This document shows, piece after piece, positions 17,778-28,296 of a stretch of DNA of 28,625 bases. The DNA is from an uncultured Dehalococcoidales bacterium (GTDB lineage Bacteria > Chloroflexota > Dehalococcoidia > GIF9 > AB-539-J10), in assembly GCA_964413335.1 (NCBI GenBank), contig CAYPSP010000001.1, forward strand, positions 1 through 28,625, in the 5' to 3' direction. Made by a program: the position numbers and the translations under genes. Each line of letters opens with the position of its first letter. Position 1 is the first letter of the stretch. The notes under the pieces are model-generated. The model had not been told where the DNA came from and searched no databases. It worked only from the letters and a program-made list of their open reading frames with translations.

Positions 17778-18065
17778 ATGTCACGCTCACTAAAAAAAGG
17801 ACCTTTTTGTGATGCCAAGTTAATGAAGAGGATCGAAGCACTCAATGACTCTAAAGAGAAAGATATTATAAAAACATGGTCTCGTGCTTCCACTATTTTC
17901 CCTCAGATGATTGGACATACTATTGCTGTACATAATGGAAGAAAACATTTACCTGTTTTCATTACAGAGAATATGGTTGGGCATAAGTTAGCTGAGTTCG
18001 CTCCAACGCGGACGTTCAGGGGGCATATCACCAAGGCAAAGGTGACTGTACAGGCAAGGAGATAA
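17778..18065 (+). CDS. rpsS: 30S ribosomal protein S19
   Basis: [27 protein letters not shown]. Confidence 0.99.
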   Translation: MSRSLKKGPFCDAKLMKRIEALNDSKEKDIIKTWSRASTIFPQMIGHTIAVHNGRKHLPVFITENMVGHKLAEFAPTRTFRGHITKAKVTVQARR

Positions 18066-18068
18066 GAA

Positions 18069-18404
18069 TTGGCAAAATTACGAGTTGTATCAAAAGATAT
18101 TGGCATATCTCCCAGGAAGGTTCGTTTGGCTGTAGATATGGTGAGAGGTAAGAATGTCACCGAGGCTTTAACGATTCTTGGTTTTACACCTACGCCATCA
18201 GCTAAAGCTGTAGCTAAAACAATCAGATCAGCAATGGCCAATGCAGAGAATAATTTTCAATTGTCATCTGGAGATCTCAGGGTTAGTAGTATTTCTGCTG
18301 ATTCAGGGCATACTCTGAAGAGATTCCGTCCGAAGTCGAGAGGACGAATAAGTCCTATTTTAAAGAGGTCAAGTAATATTACTGTTTTCCTTGAGGAGGG
18401 ATAA
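18069..18404 (+). CDS. rplV: 50S ribosomal protein L22
   Basis: ISPRKVRL, SAMANAENN, KRFRPKSRGR; TTG start. Confidence 0.98.
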   Translation: MAKLRVVSKDIGISPRKVRLAVDMVRGKNVTEALTILGFTPTPSAKAVAKTIRSAMANAENNFQLSSGDLRVSSISADSGHTLKRFRPKSRGRISPILKRSSNITVFLEEG

Positions 18405-18406
18405 AT

Positions 18407-19087
18407 TTGGGGCATAAAGTTCATCCTTATGGTTTTAGACTAGGATACATTCGTGGTTGGTCAGCTAAGTGGTACAGTAAGAAGAATTACGTCAATTACT
18501 TATTGAGTGATTTGAAATTACGTAGAATTATCGATAAAAAGTGTGCTGCAGGGCATGTAGCGCGAGTTGAAATAGAGCGGACAGGGAATGAGTTAAGTGT
18601 AACGATATATTCTGCGCATCCTGGTATATTGATTGGTAGAGGTGGACAGAACGTAGAAACGTTGAAAACAGAATTGGAGAATGTTAGTGGCGAGAAGGTC
18701 AGGTTAACTGTCAGGGAAATTGAGCAACCTGAGCTTGAAGCGTGTCTGGTAGCCAGGAACATCGCTGATAGGCTTGTGGCAAGAGTTCCTGTACGACGTG
18801 CAATGAAGCAGGCGTCATTTAGGACCATGCAACTTGGTGCAAAAGGTATGAAAATAAAATGTGGTGGAAGACTTGGAGGTGCAGAAATAGCCAGGTCTCA
18901 GAGCATTCATCAAGGGCAAATGCCATTACATAAATTGCGAGCTGATATTGATTATGGTTTTGCTGAAGCTCGTACATTGATGGGTTGTATTGGGGTAAAG
19001 GTATGGATATATAAAGGTGATATCATTTCTGAAGTAAGGAGAGAAAGTGTTACAACCGAAGAGAGTGAAGTACCGCAAAACACATAG
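18407..19087 (+). CDS. rpsC: 30S ribosomal protein S3
   Basis: [39 protein letters not shown]. Confidence 0.99.
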   Translation: MGHKVHPYGFRLGYIRGWSAKWYSKKNYVNYLLSDLKLRRIIDKKCAAGHVARVEIERTGNELSVTIYSAHPGILIGRGGQNVETLKTELENVSGEKVRLTVREIEQPELEACLVARNIADRLVARVPVRRAMKQASFRTMQLGAKGMKIKCGGRLGGAEIARSQSIHQGQMPLHKLRADIDYGFAEARTLMGCIGVKVWIYKGDIISEVRRESVTTEESEVPQNT

Positions 19088-19463
19088 AGGTAGAATGAAA
19101 GGTGCTGCTCATAGGGGTGTGGATATAGCTTTTGGAGAATTTGCCTTAAGAGCTGATGAGACAGCATGGATAACAGCAAGGCAAATTGAAGCAGCACGTA
19201 GAGTGATGGTCAGGTATCTACGACGTGGCGGACGGATGTGGATACGTATATTCCCTGATAAGGTTGTAACTAAAAAACCAGCAGAGACCAGACAAGGTGG
19301 AGGAAAGGGTGCTCCTGATCATTGGGTTGCAGTGGTTAAACGAGGAAAGATTATGTTTGAGCTGGACGGAATAGAGGAAAATATGGCACGTCAGGCTACT
19401 CATCTAGCAGGCTATAAGCTTCCTATTGCTACTAGCTTTATGAGGAAAGAGGATAGAGAGTGA
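19047..19463 (+). CDS. rplP: 50S ribosomal protein L16
   Basis: [30 protein letters not shown]. Confidence 0.99.
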   Translation: MLQPKRVKYRKTHRGRMKGAAHRGVDIAFGEFALRADETAWITARQIEAARRVMVRYLRRGGRMWIRIFPDKVVTKKPAETRQGGGKGAPDHWVAVVKRGKIMFELDGIEENMARQATHLAGYKLPIATSFMRKEDRE

Positions 19464-19657
19464 AAGTTGAGGAAATGCGGGCTCTTAGCGTTGAAGAGCT
19501 GTTGAAAAAGAAAGAGGAGGCACATGAAGACCTCTTCAAGTTGCGTTTTCGGTTGGCAACAAGACAACTGGTTAATCATCGTGTGTTGCCAAGAGCGAAA
19601 GGTGAGATTGCAAGACTGGAAACAGTAATAAGGGAAAAGGAACTGGGCATAAGATGA
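19460..19657 (+). CDS. rpmC: 50S ribosomal protein L29
   Basis: [22 protein letters not shown]; canonical position. Confidence 0.96.
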   Translation: MKVEEMRALSVEELLKKKEEAHEDLFKLRFRLATRQLVNHRVLPRAKGEIARLETVIREKELGIR

Positions 19658-19941
19658 TTTATATTGGTAAAAGAAAGGTTCTGATAGGGCAGGTATTAAG
19701 CACCAAAATGGTAAAAACCGTGGTAGTTGGGGTAGAGGTTGTGAAACGTCATCGCCTTTATAGGAAAGCTATCAGGCGAATAAAGAGATACAAGGTGGAT
19801 GATGGTGATAGTATTTGTAATGTTGGTGATAAAATCAGAATATTAGAAACAAAACCGATATCAAAAGAAAAGCGATGGCGAGTTTTAGAAATAATATCTA
19901 AGGGTCAGGCAGTCAGAATGGAGCAATTGAAGGGAAAATGA
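19654..19941 (+). CDS. rpsQ: 30S ribosomal protein S17
   Basis: [25 protein letters not shown]. Confidence 0.97.
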   Translation: MIYIGKRKVLIGQVLSTKMVKTVVVGVEVVKRHRLYRKAIRRIKRYKVDDGDSICNVGDKIRILETKPISKEKRWRVLEIISKGQAVRMEQLKGK

Positions 19942-20306
19942 TTCAATATTATACTAGGCTTAGAGTGGCTGATAATACTGGCGCCAAGCAAGTAATGTGT
20001 ATCAATGTTCTTGGTGGGACGAGAAGAAGGTATGCGCATGTTGGGGATATCATTGTTGTCACGGTAAAACGAGCTGTGCCGCATGGTATAGTGAAAGAGG
20101 GTGAAGTAACCAGGGCTGTTGTGGTACGTGTAGCTAATACTTATAGGCGACCTGATGGTTCATATATTAAATTTGATGAGAATGCTGCAGTGATTCTTGA
20201 TGATAAAAATAATCCTAAAGGGAGCCGCATCTTTGGGCCAGTTGCCAGAGAGCTCCGAGACAAGAAATTTAATAAGATAATATCGTTAGCTCCAGAGGTA
20301 GTATAA
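19938..20306 (+). CDS. rplN: 50S ribosomal protein L14
   Basis: [32 protein letters not shown]. Confidence 0.99.
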   Translation: MIQYYTRLRVADNTGAKQVMCINVLGGTRRRYAHVGDIIVVTVKRAVPHGIVKEGEVTRAVVVRVANTYRRPDGSYIKFDENAAVILDDKNNPKGSRIFGPVARELRDKKFNKIISLAPEVV

Positions 20307-20313
20307 GATTAAA

Positions 20314-20625
20314 ATGAAAATTAGGAAAAACGATAGTGTAATAATTATCGCTGGTAAAGATAGAGGGAAAAAAGGGAAAGTGCGTCGTGTTATGCGCAAA
20401 CAACATAGAGTGGTTGTTGATGGACTCAATATGATAAAGCGCCACTCTCGGGCCAGTCGTGGAACCCGACAGGCTGGTATTATCGAGTTGGAAGGGCCGA
20501 TTGATGCATCTAATGTGCAGTTATTTTGTGATAAATGTAGCAGTCGTGCGCGTATAGGGTTTCGTTTTCTAGATGACGGTCGAAAGGTGAGAATTTGCTC
20601 ATCGTGTAAGGAAATAATTGACTGA
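20314..20625 (+). CDS. rplX: 50S ribosomal protein L24
   Basis: [19 protein letters not shown]. Confidence 0.98.
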   Translation: MKIRKNDSVIIIAGKDRGKKGKVRRVMRKQHRVVVDGLNMIKRHSRASRGTRQAGIIELEGPIDASNVQLFCDKCSSRARIGFRFLDDGRKVRICSSCKEIID

Positions 20626-20636
20626 GTAGGTTTAAA

Positions 20637-21182
20637 ATGACTGCTGGATTGCAAGAGAAGTATTTAACAGAGATAGTACCTATGCTAAAAGAGAAGTTGG
20701 GTTATAACAACCCAATGCAGTTACCCAGATTGGTAAAAATTGTAGTTAGTATGGGTTTGGGTGAAGCGATAAGTAACCCAAAAGTTCTTGAGGTGGCAGA
20801 GAGAGACTTAGCTTCGATTTCGGGGCAGCATCCCGTAATTACCCGAGCAAAGAAATCTATTGCTGCGTTTAAACTGAGAGAGGGTATGCCAATTGGACTT
20901 ATGGTGACGATACGTGGCAAACGGATGTATAAATTTTATAGCAAATTGGTAGATGTAGTATTACCACGGTTTCGCGACTTTCGAGGTGTCTCAACGGATT
21001 CTTTTGACAGTCAAGGCAATTATAGTATGGGTTTAAAGGAACAACTTGTTTTTCCTGAGATTGATTATGACAAGGTAGACAAAGTTCGTGGCTTACAGAT
21101 AACCATAGTTACAACGGCTCCGAACAATGAGGAAGCTAGGTGTCTGCTGGAACTTATGGGGATGCCTTTCAAGAGAGGATAA
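20637..21182 (+). CDS. rplE: 50S ribosomal protein L5
   Basis: [28 protein letters not shown]. Confidence 0.99.
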   Translation: MTAGLQEKYLTEIVPMLKEKLGYNNPMQLPRLVKIVVSMGLGEAISNPKVLEVAERDLASISGQHPVITRAKKSIAAFKLREGMPIGLMVTIRGKRMYKFYSKLVDVVLPRFRDFRGVSTDSFDSQGNYSMGLKEQLVFPEIDYDKVDKVRGLQITIVTTAPNNEEARCLLELMGMPFKRG

Positions 21183-21183
21183 A

Positions 21184-21369
21184 ATGGCTAAAAAATCTAA
21201 GATTGCCAGGGCGAATAGAGCTCCTAAATACGCAGTGCAGCAACGCAACCGTTGCCAGTTATGTGGCCGACCGCGCGGTTATATGCGTAGGTTCGGGTTA
21301 TGTCGAATTTGTTTTAGAGAGCTAGCTGTAACGGGACAAATCCCTGGAGTAAGAAAGTCGAGTTGGTGA
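21184..21369 (+). CDS. rpsN: 30S ribosomal protein S14, type Z (zinc-binding)
   Basis: 61 aa from ATG 21184; [10 protein letters not shown] and [10 protein letters not shown]. Confidence 0.98.
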   Translation: MAKKSKIARANRAPKYAVQQRNRCQLCGRPRGYMRRFGLCRICFRELAVTGQIPGVRKSSW

Positions 21370-21378
21370 GGAGTTTAG

Positions 21379-21774
21379 ATGACAATAACTGATCCAATTG
21401 CTGATATGCTGACCAGAATCCGAAATGCGGTTGTGGCAGGCCATGAAGACGTGCCAGTGCCTGCATCACGCACGAAGATCTCTATTGGACGAATCTTGAA
21501 AGAAGAGGGATTCATCAAGGATTATGAAATCATTAAAGGCAAAACACAGCAGATTATAAAGATATATTTAAAATATATAGACGGAGAACCAGCGTTGATG
21601 GGATTGGAAAGAGTAAGCAAACCTAGTTTACGGGTATATCATGGAAAAGGTGAGATTCCACGTGTTTATGGAGGGCTAGGCATTGCTATAGTTTCTACGT
21701 CTAAAGGTATCATGACAGGACAAAAAGCATGGAGGAATGGACTTGGTGGAGAAGTTTTATGCTATGTATGGTAG
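21379..21774 (+). CDS. rpsH: 30S ribosomal protein S8
   Basis: [38 protein letters not shown]. Confidence 0.99.
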   Translation: MTITDPIADMLTRIRNAVVAGHEDVPVPASRTKISIGRILKEEGFIKDYEIIKGKTQQIIKIYLKYIDGEPALMGLERVSKPSLRVYHGKGEIPRVYGGLGIAIVSTSKGIMTGQKAWRNGLGGEVLCYVW

Positions 21775-21793
21775 TTTAAGTTAGGAGGAATGG

Positions 21794-22342
21794 ATGTCTA
21801 GAGTTGGTTTGTTGCCTATTTCTGTACCTCAAGGGGTTGATGTGGTGTTTGAAGGCAACGAGGTAGTAGTAAAAAAAGATAAAAAGGAGCTACGTCGTTG
21901 TTTTTCTACTGCTACGCCTATTGAGTTAAAAGATGGACAATTATTAGTAACGCGAATTAGTGATAATAAAACGCATCGTGCTTTACATGGACTTACACGC
22001 GCTCTGTTAGCTAATATGATTGAAGGAGTAAACAAAGGTTTTGAGCGTGTTTTGGAAATTAACGGGGTGGGATATAATGCCAGTCAAGAGGGAGATAAGC
22101 TTATGCTACAAGTTGGTTTTAGCCATATTGTCGAAATTCCTCTCCCTAGTGGTATTAAAGCCGTTGTTGAAAGGAATAATCTAATACATATTCAGGGCAT
22201 TGATAAGGAAACAGTGGGTGAAATAGCAGCGAAAATTCGTGCTGTACGGCCTGCTGACCCATATAAAGGGAAGGGCATTAAATATGCTGGAGAACGACTA
22301 CGTCTAAAACCAGGTAAAGCTGGTAAAGCTGCTAAAGGATAA
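21794..22342 (+). CDS. rplF: 50S ribosomal protein L6
   Basis: MSRVG, HGLTRALLANM, DPYKGKGIKY. Confidence 0.99.
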   Translation: MSRVGLLPISVPQGVDVVFEGNEVVVKKDKKELRRCFSTATPIELKDGQLLVTRISDNKTHRALHGLTRALLANMIEGVNKGFERVLEINGVGYNASQEGDKLMLQVGFSHIVEIPLPSGIKAVVERNNLIHIQGIDKETVGEIAAKIRAVRPADPYKGKGIKYAGERLRLKPGKAGKAAKG

Positions 22343-22350
22343 AAAAGGTA

Positions 22351-22716
22351 ATGGCTAAGAAGAATTCAAGATCAGCTAGGATAATACGGCACCAAAGAGC
22401 TAGGAAAAAAATACATGGTACATCTCTTAGACCTCGATTGTGTGTGTTCCGCAGCTTAAATCATATTTATGCTCAAATCATAGATGATTCTATAGGCCAA
22501 ACCTTGGCTTCTACGGGAACTTTAGATCCTCAGATAAAAGGAGATGTTGAGAAATTGAATAAGACCAAAACCTCTGAGGTTGTTGGTGCCTCAATTGCTA
22601 GAAAGGCTTTGGATAAAGGAATAAAAACAGTGGTCTTCGATAGAGGAGGTTACATGTATCATGGGAGGGTAAAGACTCTTGCGGAAAGCGCACGCAAGGA
22701 AGGACTTTTGTTTTAG
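22351..22716 (+). CDS. rplR: 50S ribosomal protein L18
   Basis: RPRLCVFRSLNHIYAQ, FDRGGYMYHGRV. Confidence 0.99.
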   Translation: MAKKNSRSARIIRHQRARKKIHGTSLRPRLCVFRSLNHIYAQIIDDSIGQTLASTGTLDPQIKGDVEKLNKTKTSEVVGASIARKALDKGIKTVVFDRGGYMYHGRVKTLAESARKEGLLF

Positions 22717-22751
22717 ATGATGGATAATTTGAGTGAAATGAGGACTACCAT

Positions 22752-23276
22752 ATGAAAGCAGTTACCAGGGTAATCGGGAAACAGTATAAAATCGATGCTT
22801 CGGACATGGAACTCAATGAAAAATTGTTATCTATTGATCGTGTGACCAAGGTAGTTAAAGGGGGAAGGAGATTACACTTTCGTGCTCTAATGATAGTTGG
22901 GGACCAGAAAGGACATGTTGGTGTGGGGTTAGCTAAAGCGTCGGGCGTTCCTGAAGCTATTCATAAAGCAAGTGCTGCAGGACGAAAGGAACTTATTGAA
23001 GTCCCTATTAAAAAGACGTCAATACCACATGAGATTTTAGCTAAATTTGGAGCATCAAAAGTTTTATTGAGACCGGCAATTTCTGGGAAAGGGATGATTG
23101 CTAGTAATACTGTTCGTGCTGTGCTTGAGATGGCAGGGATAAAAGACATTGTTAGCAAATCGTTGGGTAGTTCCAATAGAGTTAATGTAGCCAGAGCGAC
23201 TATTCTTGGGCTTGCCAATTTGAAGAAAGAAGTAAAAGTAGCTGATGAAGATTTGGAAGAAGGTGAAGAGGAGTGA
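22752..23276 (+). CDS. rpsE: 30S ribosomal protein S5
   Basis: RVTKVVKGGRR, VGDQKG, LEMAGIKDI, KSLGSSN. Confidence 0.98.
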   Translation: MKAVTRVIGKQYKIDASDMELNEKLLSIDRVTKVVKGGRRLHFRALMIVGDQKGHVGVGLAKASGVPEAIHKASAAGRKELIEVPIKKTSIPHEILAKFGASKVLLRPAISGKGMIASNTVRAVLEMAGIKDIVSKSLGSSNRVNVARATILGLANLKKEVKVADEDLEEGEEE

Positions 23277-23716
23277 GACAGAATGACTTGAGACCATCTT
23301 TGGGCTCTAAACACAAACGTAAGCAGGTGGGTCGAGGAGATGGCAGTGGACATGGTTCCTATTCAGGGAAAGGTTGCAAGGGACAGAAATCTCGCGCTGG
23401 TGGAGGGGTAAGGATTGGATTTGAGGGTGGGCAATTACCATTGATACAACGGTTACCTAGGAAGAGGGGATTTACGAATATATTCAAAATAAAATATGAT
23501 ATTGTTAACGTGGGCGAATTGGAAGTATTTCCAGAAGCGACGGAAGTTGATGTTCAAAAGCTATATGAGGTGGGATTAATTCGTTCAAATAAACAACAAG
23601 TAAAAATACTTGGTAGGGGGGAGCTTCATCATTCGTTGATTGTTAAAGTAAAAAATGTCTCTAGCACTGCAGAGGGCAAGATACTTGCCGCTGGGGGGAA
23701 AGTAGAGAGGACTTAA
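23273..23716 (+). CDS. rplO: 50S ribosomal protein L15
   Basis: GRGDGSGHG, GCKGQKSR, FEGGQLPL; GTG overlaps rpsE stop. Confidence 0.98.
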   Translation: MRQNDLRPSLGSKHKRKQVGRGDGSGHGSYSGKGCKGQKSRAGGGVRIGFEGGQLPLIQRLPRKRGFTNIFKIKYDIVNVGELEVFPEATEVDVQKLYEVGLIRSNKQQVKILGRGELHHSLIVKVKNVSSTAEGKILAAGGKVERT

Positions 23717-23717
23717 T

Positions 23718-25034
23718 ATGCAGAGTAGAGAAAATCAATCACGCCTGTTTCAGGCGATGAAGGACATGTTTGCCTTACCAGATTTAAGGCACAAGTTGTT
23801 GTTCACTTTTCTAATTCTGGTTATATTCCGTTTTCTAGTTCATATTCCGTTACCTGGTGTAGATGGAGAGGCTTTAAGCAAGCTATTTGAACAGAATCAG
23901 CTTTTGGGTATGCTTAATTTATTCAGCGGTGGAGCAATGAAAAATTTCAGTATTGCTGCACTAGGGGTATATCCTTACATTACTACATCGATAATTATGC
24001 AGTTATTGGTTCCAGTAGTTCCTGCGTTGCAACGTATTGCGCAGGAAGGAGAAGCAGGTAAACGCAGAATAAACAAAATAACACATTTAGTGATGGTGCC
24101 TATGGCTGCTATCGCTGGATATGGACAACTGACTTTATTACGTAGCCAGGGGGTTATTGAATACCTTGACCCTTTGAGTACTCTTGTGGTAGTTGCTTCT
24201 CTAACTACAGGAACAGTTTTACTTATCTGGTTAGGCGAACTGATTACCGAGAGAGGTATCGGAAATGGTATATCAATAATAATATTTGGGGGGATTGTAG
24301 CCAGTTTGCCGGATATGATAGGTCGGGGTTTCGTGGCTAAGGAAGACCCATTTGGATTAGTGGTGTTTATTATTCTTGGCTTGGTTACTTTAGTGGCTGT
24401 GGTTGCTTTTATTGAAGCTCATCGCCGTATTCCTGTGCAGTATGCTCGCAGTAGTTTTCGCGGAGGTAGGATGTACAGGCAATCAGGGTCAACGTATATT
24501 CCCTTGAGAGTGAACACTGCAGGAATGATACCTCTCATTTTTGCTCTTGCCTTAATGCAGTTTCCAAGCTTAATTGCAAGTTATTTTATGAACCCAGGTG
24601 GTCAGAATGAAAACTTATGGAATAGTATTTACAATATATTTAATTCAGGAGCAAGCCTGCCTATGGGACTGGTGTACTGGGGTTTGTACTTCTTGCTAGT
24701 ACTGGGGTTTACCTTCTTTTATACCATGGTTATTTTTGAACAGATGGATTTGCCTAAAACCCTGCAACAACAGGGGGGATTTATCCCTGGTGTGCGACCA
24801 GGAAAGACTACAGCAGAGTATTTAAATCATGTTATCAAACATCTAACGTTTGGTGGTGCGCTGTTCTTAGGTGCAATTGCTGTAATGCCGTTTTTCGCCA
24901 GGGAAATAACAGGTGTTACTGTGTTAACAATTTCTAGTACTGCAATTCTTATCGCAGTTGGAGTCGCACTAGATACAATGAAGCAACTTGAGTCTCAATT
25001 AACTATGCGCCGATATGATGGTTTCTTGAAGTAA
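23718..25034 (+). CDS. secY: Preprotein translocase subunit SecY
   Basis: SIAALGVYPYITTSIIMQLL, WLGELITERGIGNG, PLRVNTAGMIP, FIPGVRPG. Confidence 0.99.
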   Translation: MQSRENQSRLFQAMKDMFALPDLRHKLLFTFLILVIFRFLVHIPLPGVDGEALSKLFEQNQLLGMLNLFSGGAMKNFSIAALGVYPYITTSIIMQLLVPVVPALQRIAQEGEAGKRRINKITHLVMVPMAAIAGYGQLTLLRSQGVIEYLDPLSTLVVVASLTTGTVLLIWLGELITERGIGNGISIIIFGGIVASLPDMIGRGFVAKEDPFGLVVFIILGLVTLVAVVAFIEAHRRIPVQYARSSFRGGRMYRQSGSTYIPLRVNTAGMIPLIFALALMQFPSLIASYFMNPGGQNENLWNSIYNIFNSGASLPMGLVYWGLYFLLVLGFTFFYTMVIFEQMDLPKTLQQQGGFIPGVRPGKTTAEYLNHVIKHLTFGGALFLGAIAVMPFFAREITGVTVLTISSTAILIAVGVALDTMKQLESQLTMRRYDGFLK

Positions 25035-25035
25035 G

Positions 25036-25689
25036 GTGAGAGGCAAATTGCATATTGTTATATTGGGTGCTCCGGGGGCAGGAAAAGGTACTCAGGCAGA
25101 TATAGTCCGCCAAAATAGGGGTTTACCTCATATTGCTTCTGGGAACCTGTTTAGACAAAGCGTTGATAATAATACTGAGTTAGGATTACTGGCAAAGAGT
25201 TATATGGAGAAAGGGGCTCTGGTTCCTGATGGAATAGTAATAAAAATGATTTCACAGAGGATAAGCGAAGTTGATTGTAATACGGGATGGATACTTGAAG
25301 GCTTTCCTCGAACTGTACAACAGGCAGTGGCGCTGGACCAGATGTTAACAGAACAGGGAAAAGCCGTTGATAAAACAATATATGTTGAGGTTCCTGAGGA
25401 GGAACTAGTAAAACGACTTAGTGGACGTTGGATTTGTAAAAAATGTCAGACACCTTACCATCAAGTGACCTTTCCTCCTGTTGTGGCCGGTAAATGCGAT
25501 AAATGTGGAGGGGAATTGTATCAGCGACTGGATGATAATGAGCAGACTGTAAGAAATAGGCTAAAAGTTTTTAAAGAGATGACAATTCCTATCTTAGGAT
25601 ATTACAAAAAACAGAATAAGCTGGTAAAGGTGAATGGTAATCAAGGGATAGAAAAAGTGACTGAAGAGATATTATTTGAGGTGGCTTAG
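25036..25689 (+). CDS. adk: Adenylate kinase with Zn-binding LID
   Basis: GAPGAGKGTQ, GALVPD, LEGFPRT, CKKC...CDKC, QRLDD. Confidence 0.96.
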   Translation: MRGKLHIVILGAPGAGKGTQADIVRQNRGLPHIASGNLFRQSVDNNTELGLLAKSYMEKGALVPDGIVIKMISQRISEVDCNTGWILEGFPRTVQQAVALDQMLTEQGKAVDKTIYVEVPEEELVKRLSGRWICKKCQTPYHQVTFPPVVAGKCDKCGGELYQRLDDNEQTVRNRLKVFKEMTIPILGYYKKQNKLVKVNGNQGIEKVTEEILFEVA

Positions 25690-25697
25690 CAAGAGAC

Positions 25698-26441
25698 ATG
25701 ATAATTATTAAGTCTTCTACGGAGATAGCTATAATGCGGCAATGTGGCAAGATACTGGCGGATATATTAGCCACATTGAGAAAAGAAACTAAAGCAGGTG
25801 TTAAGACCTGCCGGTTAGATACTATCATGGCAGAAGAGGCGAAAAGGCAGGGTGTTATACCTTCGTTTAAAAATTATCATGGGTTCCCTGCAAATATATG
25901 TGTTTCTATTAATGATGAAATAGTACATGGTATTCCCGGAGAGCGAGTGATAGAAGAAGGTGACATTGTTTCTTTGGATGCAGGAGTAATTTATAAAGGG
26001 TTTCATACGGATTCAGCCATAACTGTCGCTGTTGGGAAAGTAACTAAACAGGCTAAAGAACTTATCGAGGTGACAGAGGCTGGATTAGAGGCTGGTATTA
26101 GTAAGGCTCGTCGTGGCGCCCATGTCGGGGATATTTCAACGGCAGTACAGAATTATGTCGAATCAAAAGGGTTTACAGTGGTTAGAGAATATACAGGGCA
26201 TGGGGTAGGAAGAGACTTGCACGAGGATCCACAGGTACCAAATTTTGCATTTAAGGGAGGACCTTTATTGCGAACGGGTATGGTCTTGGCTATTGAGCCC
26301 ATGGTCAATGCAGGTGGCTGGCGTACTAGAGTTAGTGATGATAATTGGAAAGTGCTGACATCAGATGGAAGTCTTTCGGCCCATTTTGAACATACAGTTG
26401 CCATTAACGATGAAGGAGTTGAAGTGCTCACTTGTTATTAG
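25698..26441 (+). CDS. map: Methionine aminopeptidase type I
   Basis: [41 protein letters not shown]. Confidence 0.98.
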   Translation: MIIIKSSTEIAIMRQCGKILADILATLRKETKAGVKTCRLDTIMAEEAKRQGVIPSFKNYHGFPANICVSINDEIVHGIPGERVIEEGDIVSLDAGVIYKGFHTDSAITVAVGKVTKQAKELIEVTEAGLEAGISKARRGAHVGDISTAVQNYVESKGFTVVREYTGHGVGRDLHEDPQVPNFAFKGGPLLRTGMVLAIEPMVNAGGWRTRVSDDNWKVLTSDGSLSAHFEHTVAINDEGVEVLTCY

Positions 26442-26446
26442 AGCTT

Positions 26447-26665
26447 ATGGTAAAAAAAGAGAAGATAGAAATCGAAGGAAAAGTCACGGTGTGTTTGCCT
26501 AATACGATGTTCCGCGTTGAACTGGCTAATGGCCATATGGTATTGGCTCATATTTCAGGCAGGATGAGAAAACATTATATTAAAATTATCCCTGGAGACA
26601 GAGTGTTGGTAGAACTTTCTCCTTATGATTTGAGCCGTGGTAGGGTTACTTATCGTCTGAAATAG
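26447..26665 (+). CDS. infA: Translation initiation factor IF-1
   Basis: [34 protein letters not shown]; ATG 26447. Confidence 0.98.
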   Translation: MVKKEKIEIEGKVTVCLPNTMFRVELANGHMVLAHISGRMRKHYIKIIPGDRVLVELSPYDLSRGRVTYRLK

Positions 26666-26670
26666 ACATT

Positions 26671-26700
26671 TTGACATCAAAGCAAGATAAGTTATATCAT
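26671..26700 (+). promoter_or_regulatory. Internal promoter for rpmJ-rpsM-rpsK-rpsD-rpoA
   Basis: TTGACA (26671-26676), 18 nt spacer, TATCAT (26695-26700). Confidence 0.7.
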
Positions 26701-26730
26701 TTAGAGATTTTGGATCAGGAGTTGACAATA

Positions 26731-26844
26731 ATGAAAGTAGGAGCTTCAGTAAAGCGTCGCTGTAACAAGTGTATGATTGTGAAAAGAAAAGGTGTCGTTA
26801 GAGTTATTTGTGAAAATCCAAGACACAAACAAAGGCAGGGGTAA
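26731..26844 (+). CDS. rpmJ: 50S ribosomal protein L36
   Basis: Hand translation [37 protein letters not shown]; not in ORF track; SD AGGAG upstream. Confidence 0.98.
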   Translation: MKVGASVKRRCNKCMIVKRKGVVRVICENPRHKQRQG

Positions 26845-26850
26845 TAGAGT

Positions 26851-27240
26851 ATGGTACGTATAGCAGGAGTAGATCTTCCTCAAAATAAACCTATCAGAGT
26901 AGCATTGTTACATATATATGGTATTGGAATTACGGCAAGTAAGCGAATTTTGTCTATTACTGGAGTCGATGCCAGTATCAGAGTAAAGGATCTCACTGAT
27001 GCAGATGTAAGCAAACTTCGTGATATTATCACCAATGAGTATCAGGTGGAAGGGGATCTTCGGCGAGAGGTCCAGTTTAACGTAAAGAGGCTTATCGAAA
27101 TAGGATGTTTACGCGGAACAAGGCATCGTATGAATTTGCCGGTTCATGGACAAAGAACAAAAACTAATGCTCGTACCCGAAAGGGATTACGGAAGACGGT
27201 TGCAGGTCGGGGACAGAGGCGAGGAGCAACTAAGAAATAG
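26851..27240 (+). CDS. rpsM: 30S ribosomal protein S13
   Basis: [34 protein letters not shown]. Confidence 0.99.
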   Translation: MVRIAGVDLPQNKPIRVALLHIYGIGITASKRILSITGVDASIRVKDLTDADVSKLRDIITNEYQVEGDLRREVQFNVKRLIEIGCLRGTRHRMNLPVHGQRTKTNARTRKGLRKTVAGRGQRRGATKK

Positions 27241-27256
27241 AGAGGTTGTAGAGTTA

Positions 27257-27649
27257 ATGCCAAAGAAAAAAAAGACTGTTAAGGGGAGAAGAGTACGTAA
27301 AGGTATTGTTGAGGGTAGAGCCTTTATTCATTCTACCTTCAATAACACTGTAATTACTATCGCTGATAAGGGAGGCAATGTAATTTCTTGGGGTAGTTCA
27401 GGGTCTGCTGGTTTCAAGGGTTCTAGGAAAGGTACTCCCTATGCTGCAGGATTGGCTGCTCAGGGAGCGGCACGCAAAGCTATGAGTGACGGCTTACGAA
27501 GAGTTGAGGTTTATATTAAGGGACCTGGTAGTGGAAGGGAAGCGGCTATTCGTGCTTTAGAAACTGCAGGGATTACTGTTACGGGTATTAGAGATGTAAC
27601 ACCTATTCCCCATAATGGTTGTCGCCCTCGCGGAAGGAGAAGAGTATAG
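27257..27649 (+). CDS. rpsK: 30S ribosomal protein S11
   Basis: [42 protein letters not shown]; ATG 27257. Confidence 0.99.
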   Translation: MPKKKKTVKGRRVRKGIVEGRAFIHSTFNNTVITIADKGGNVISWGSSGSAGFKGSRKGTPYAAGLAAQGAARKAMSDGLRRVEVYIKGPGSGREAAIRALETAGITVTGIRDVTPIPHNGCRPRGRRRV

Positions 27650-27650
27650 A

Positions 27651-28280
27651 ATGGGACGTTATACGGGGCCACAATGTCATCTATGTCGTTATTTAAATGA
27701 GAAACTTATGCTTAAGGGAGAGAGATGCACTAGTCCTAAGTGTCCTATAGAAAAAAAGAATGCATCATCCCGTGGGCGGTTTCAGGGTAGAGCACCTAAG
27801 ATATCAGATCGCGGACTTCAACTAAGAGCGAAACAGAAGGTAAGATTTAGCTATGGAATGTTGGAACGGCAATTCCGACGATTTTATTCTGAGGCGGCTA
27901 GAGCAGATGGTAATACAGGGGATAATCTTCGTATATTGTTGGAGAGACGTCTGGATAATGTTGTTTATCGTCTGGGTTTTGGAGACTCTCGAGCTCAGGC
28001 AAGGCAAATAACCAATCATAATCATATAATGGTTAATGGGCGCAGGGTGAATATTCCTTCTTTTCTGGTTAAGTCGGGTGATGTAATAACATGGAGCCCG
28101 AGTAGTAAGAAAACTGAACTCTATAAAACAGTTGTGGAGAAAGTTAAAGCGATAACTATTCCTGGTTGGCTTAGCCTTGACGAAGAAAAAATGGAAGGTG
28201 CTGTTTTAGCCTTACCTGCTGAAGGTGATTTTGTGGCTGAATATGATATGGCATCTATCATTGAATACTATTCAAGGTAA
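27651..28280 (+). CDS. rpsD: 30S ribosomal protein S4
   Basis: MGRYTGP, CHLC...C...C, LLERRLDNVVYRLG; ATG 27651. Confidence 0.99.
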   Translation: MGRYTGPQCHLCRYLNEKLMLKGERCTSPKCPIEKKNASSRGRFQGRAPKISDRGLQLRAKQKVRFSYGMLERQFRRFYSEAARADGNTGDNLRILLERRLDNVVYRLGFGDSRAQARQITNHNHIMVNGRRVNIPSFLVKSGDVITWSPSSKKTELYKTVVEKVKAITIPGWLSLDEEKMEGAVLALPAEGDFVAEYDMASIIEYYSR

Positions 28281-28296
28281 GTAGGAGGAGGATTTT

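Noticed and set aside
22717-22755. 12-codon mini-ORF (MMDNLSEMRTTI) bridging rplR stop and rpsE start
   Set aside because: Too short to distinguish from chance; rpsE has its own GAGG element
1939-28025. Numerous 60-170 aa ORF-track entries antisense or out of frame to dnaE, aor, recA, oadB, fusA and r-protein genes
   Set aside because: They lie within well-supported genes, have no recognisable motifs or SD, and are expected shadow ORFs
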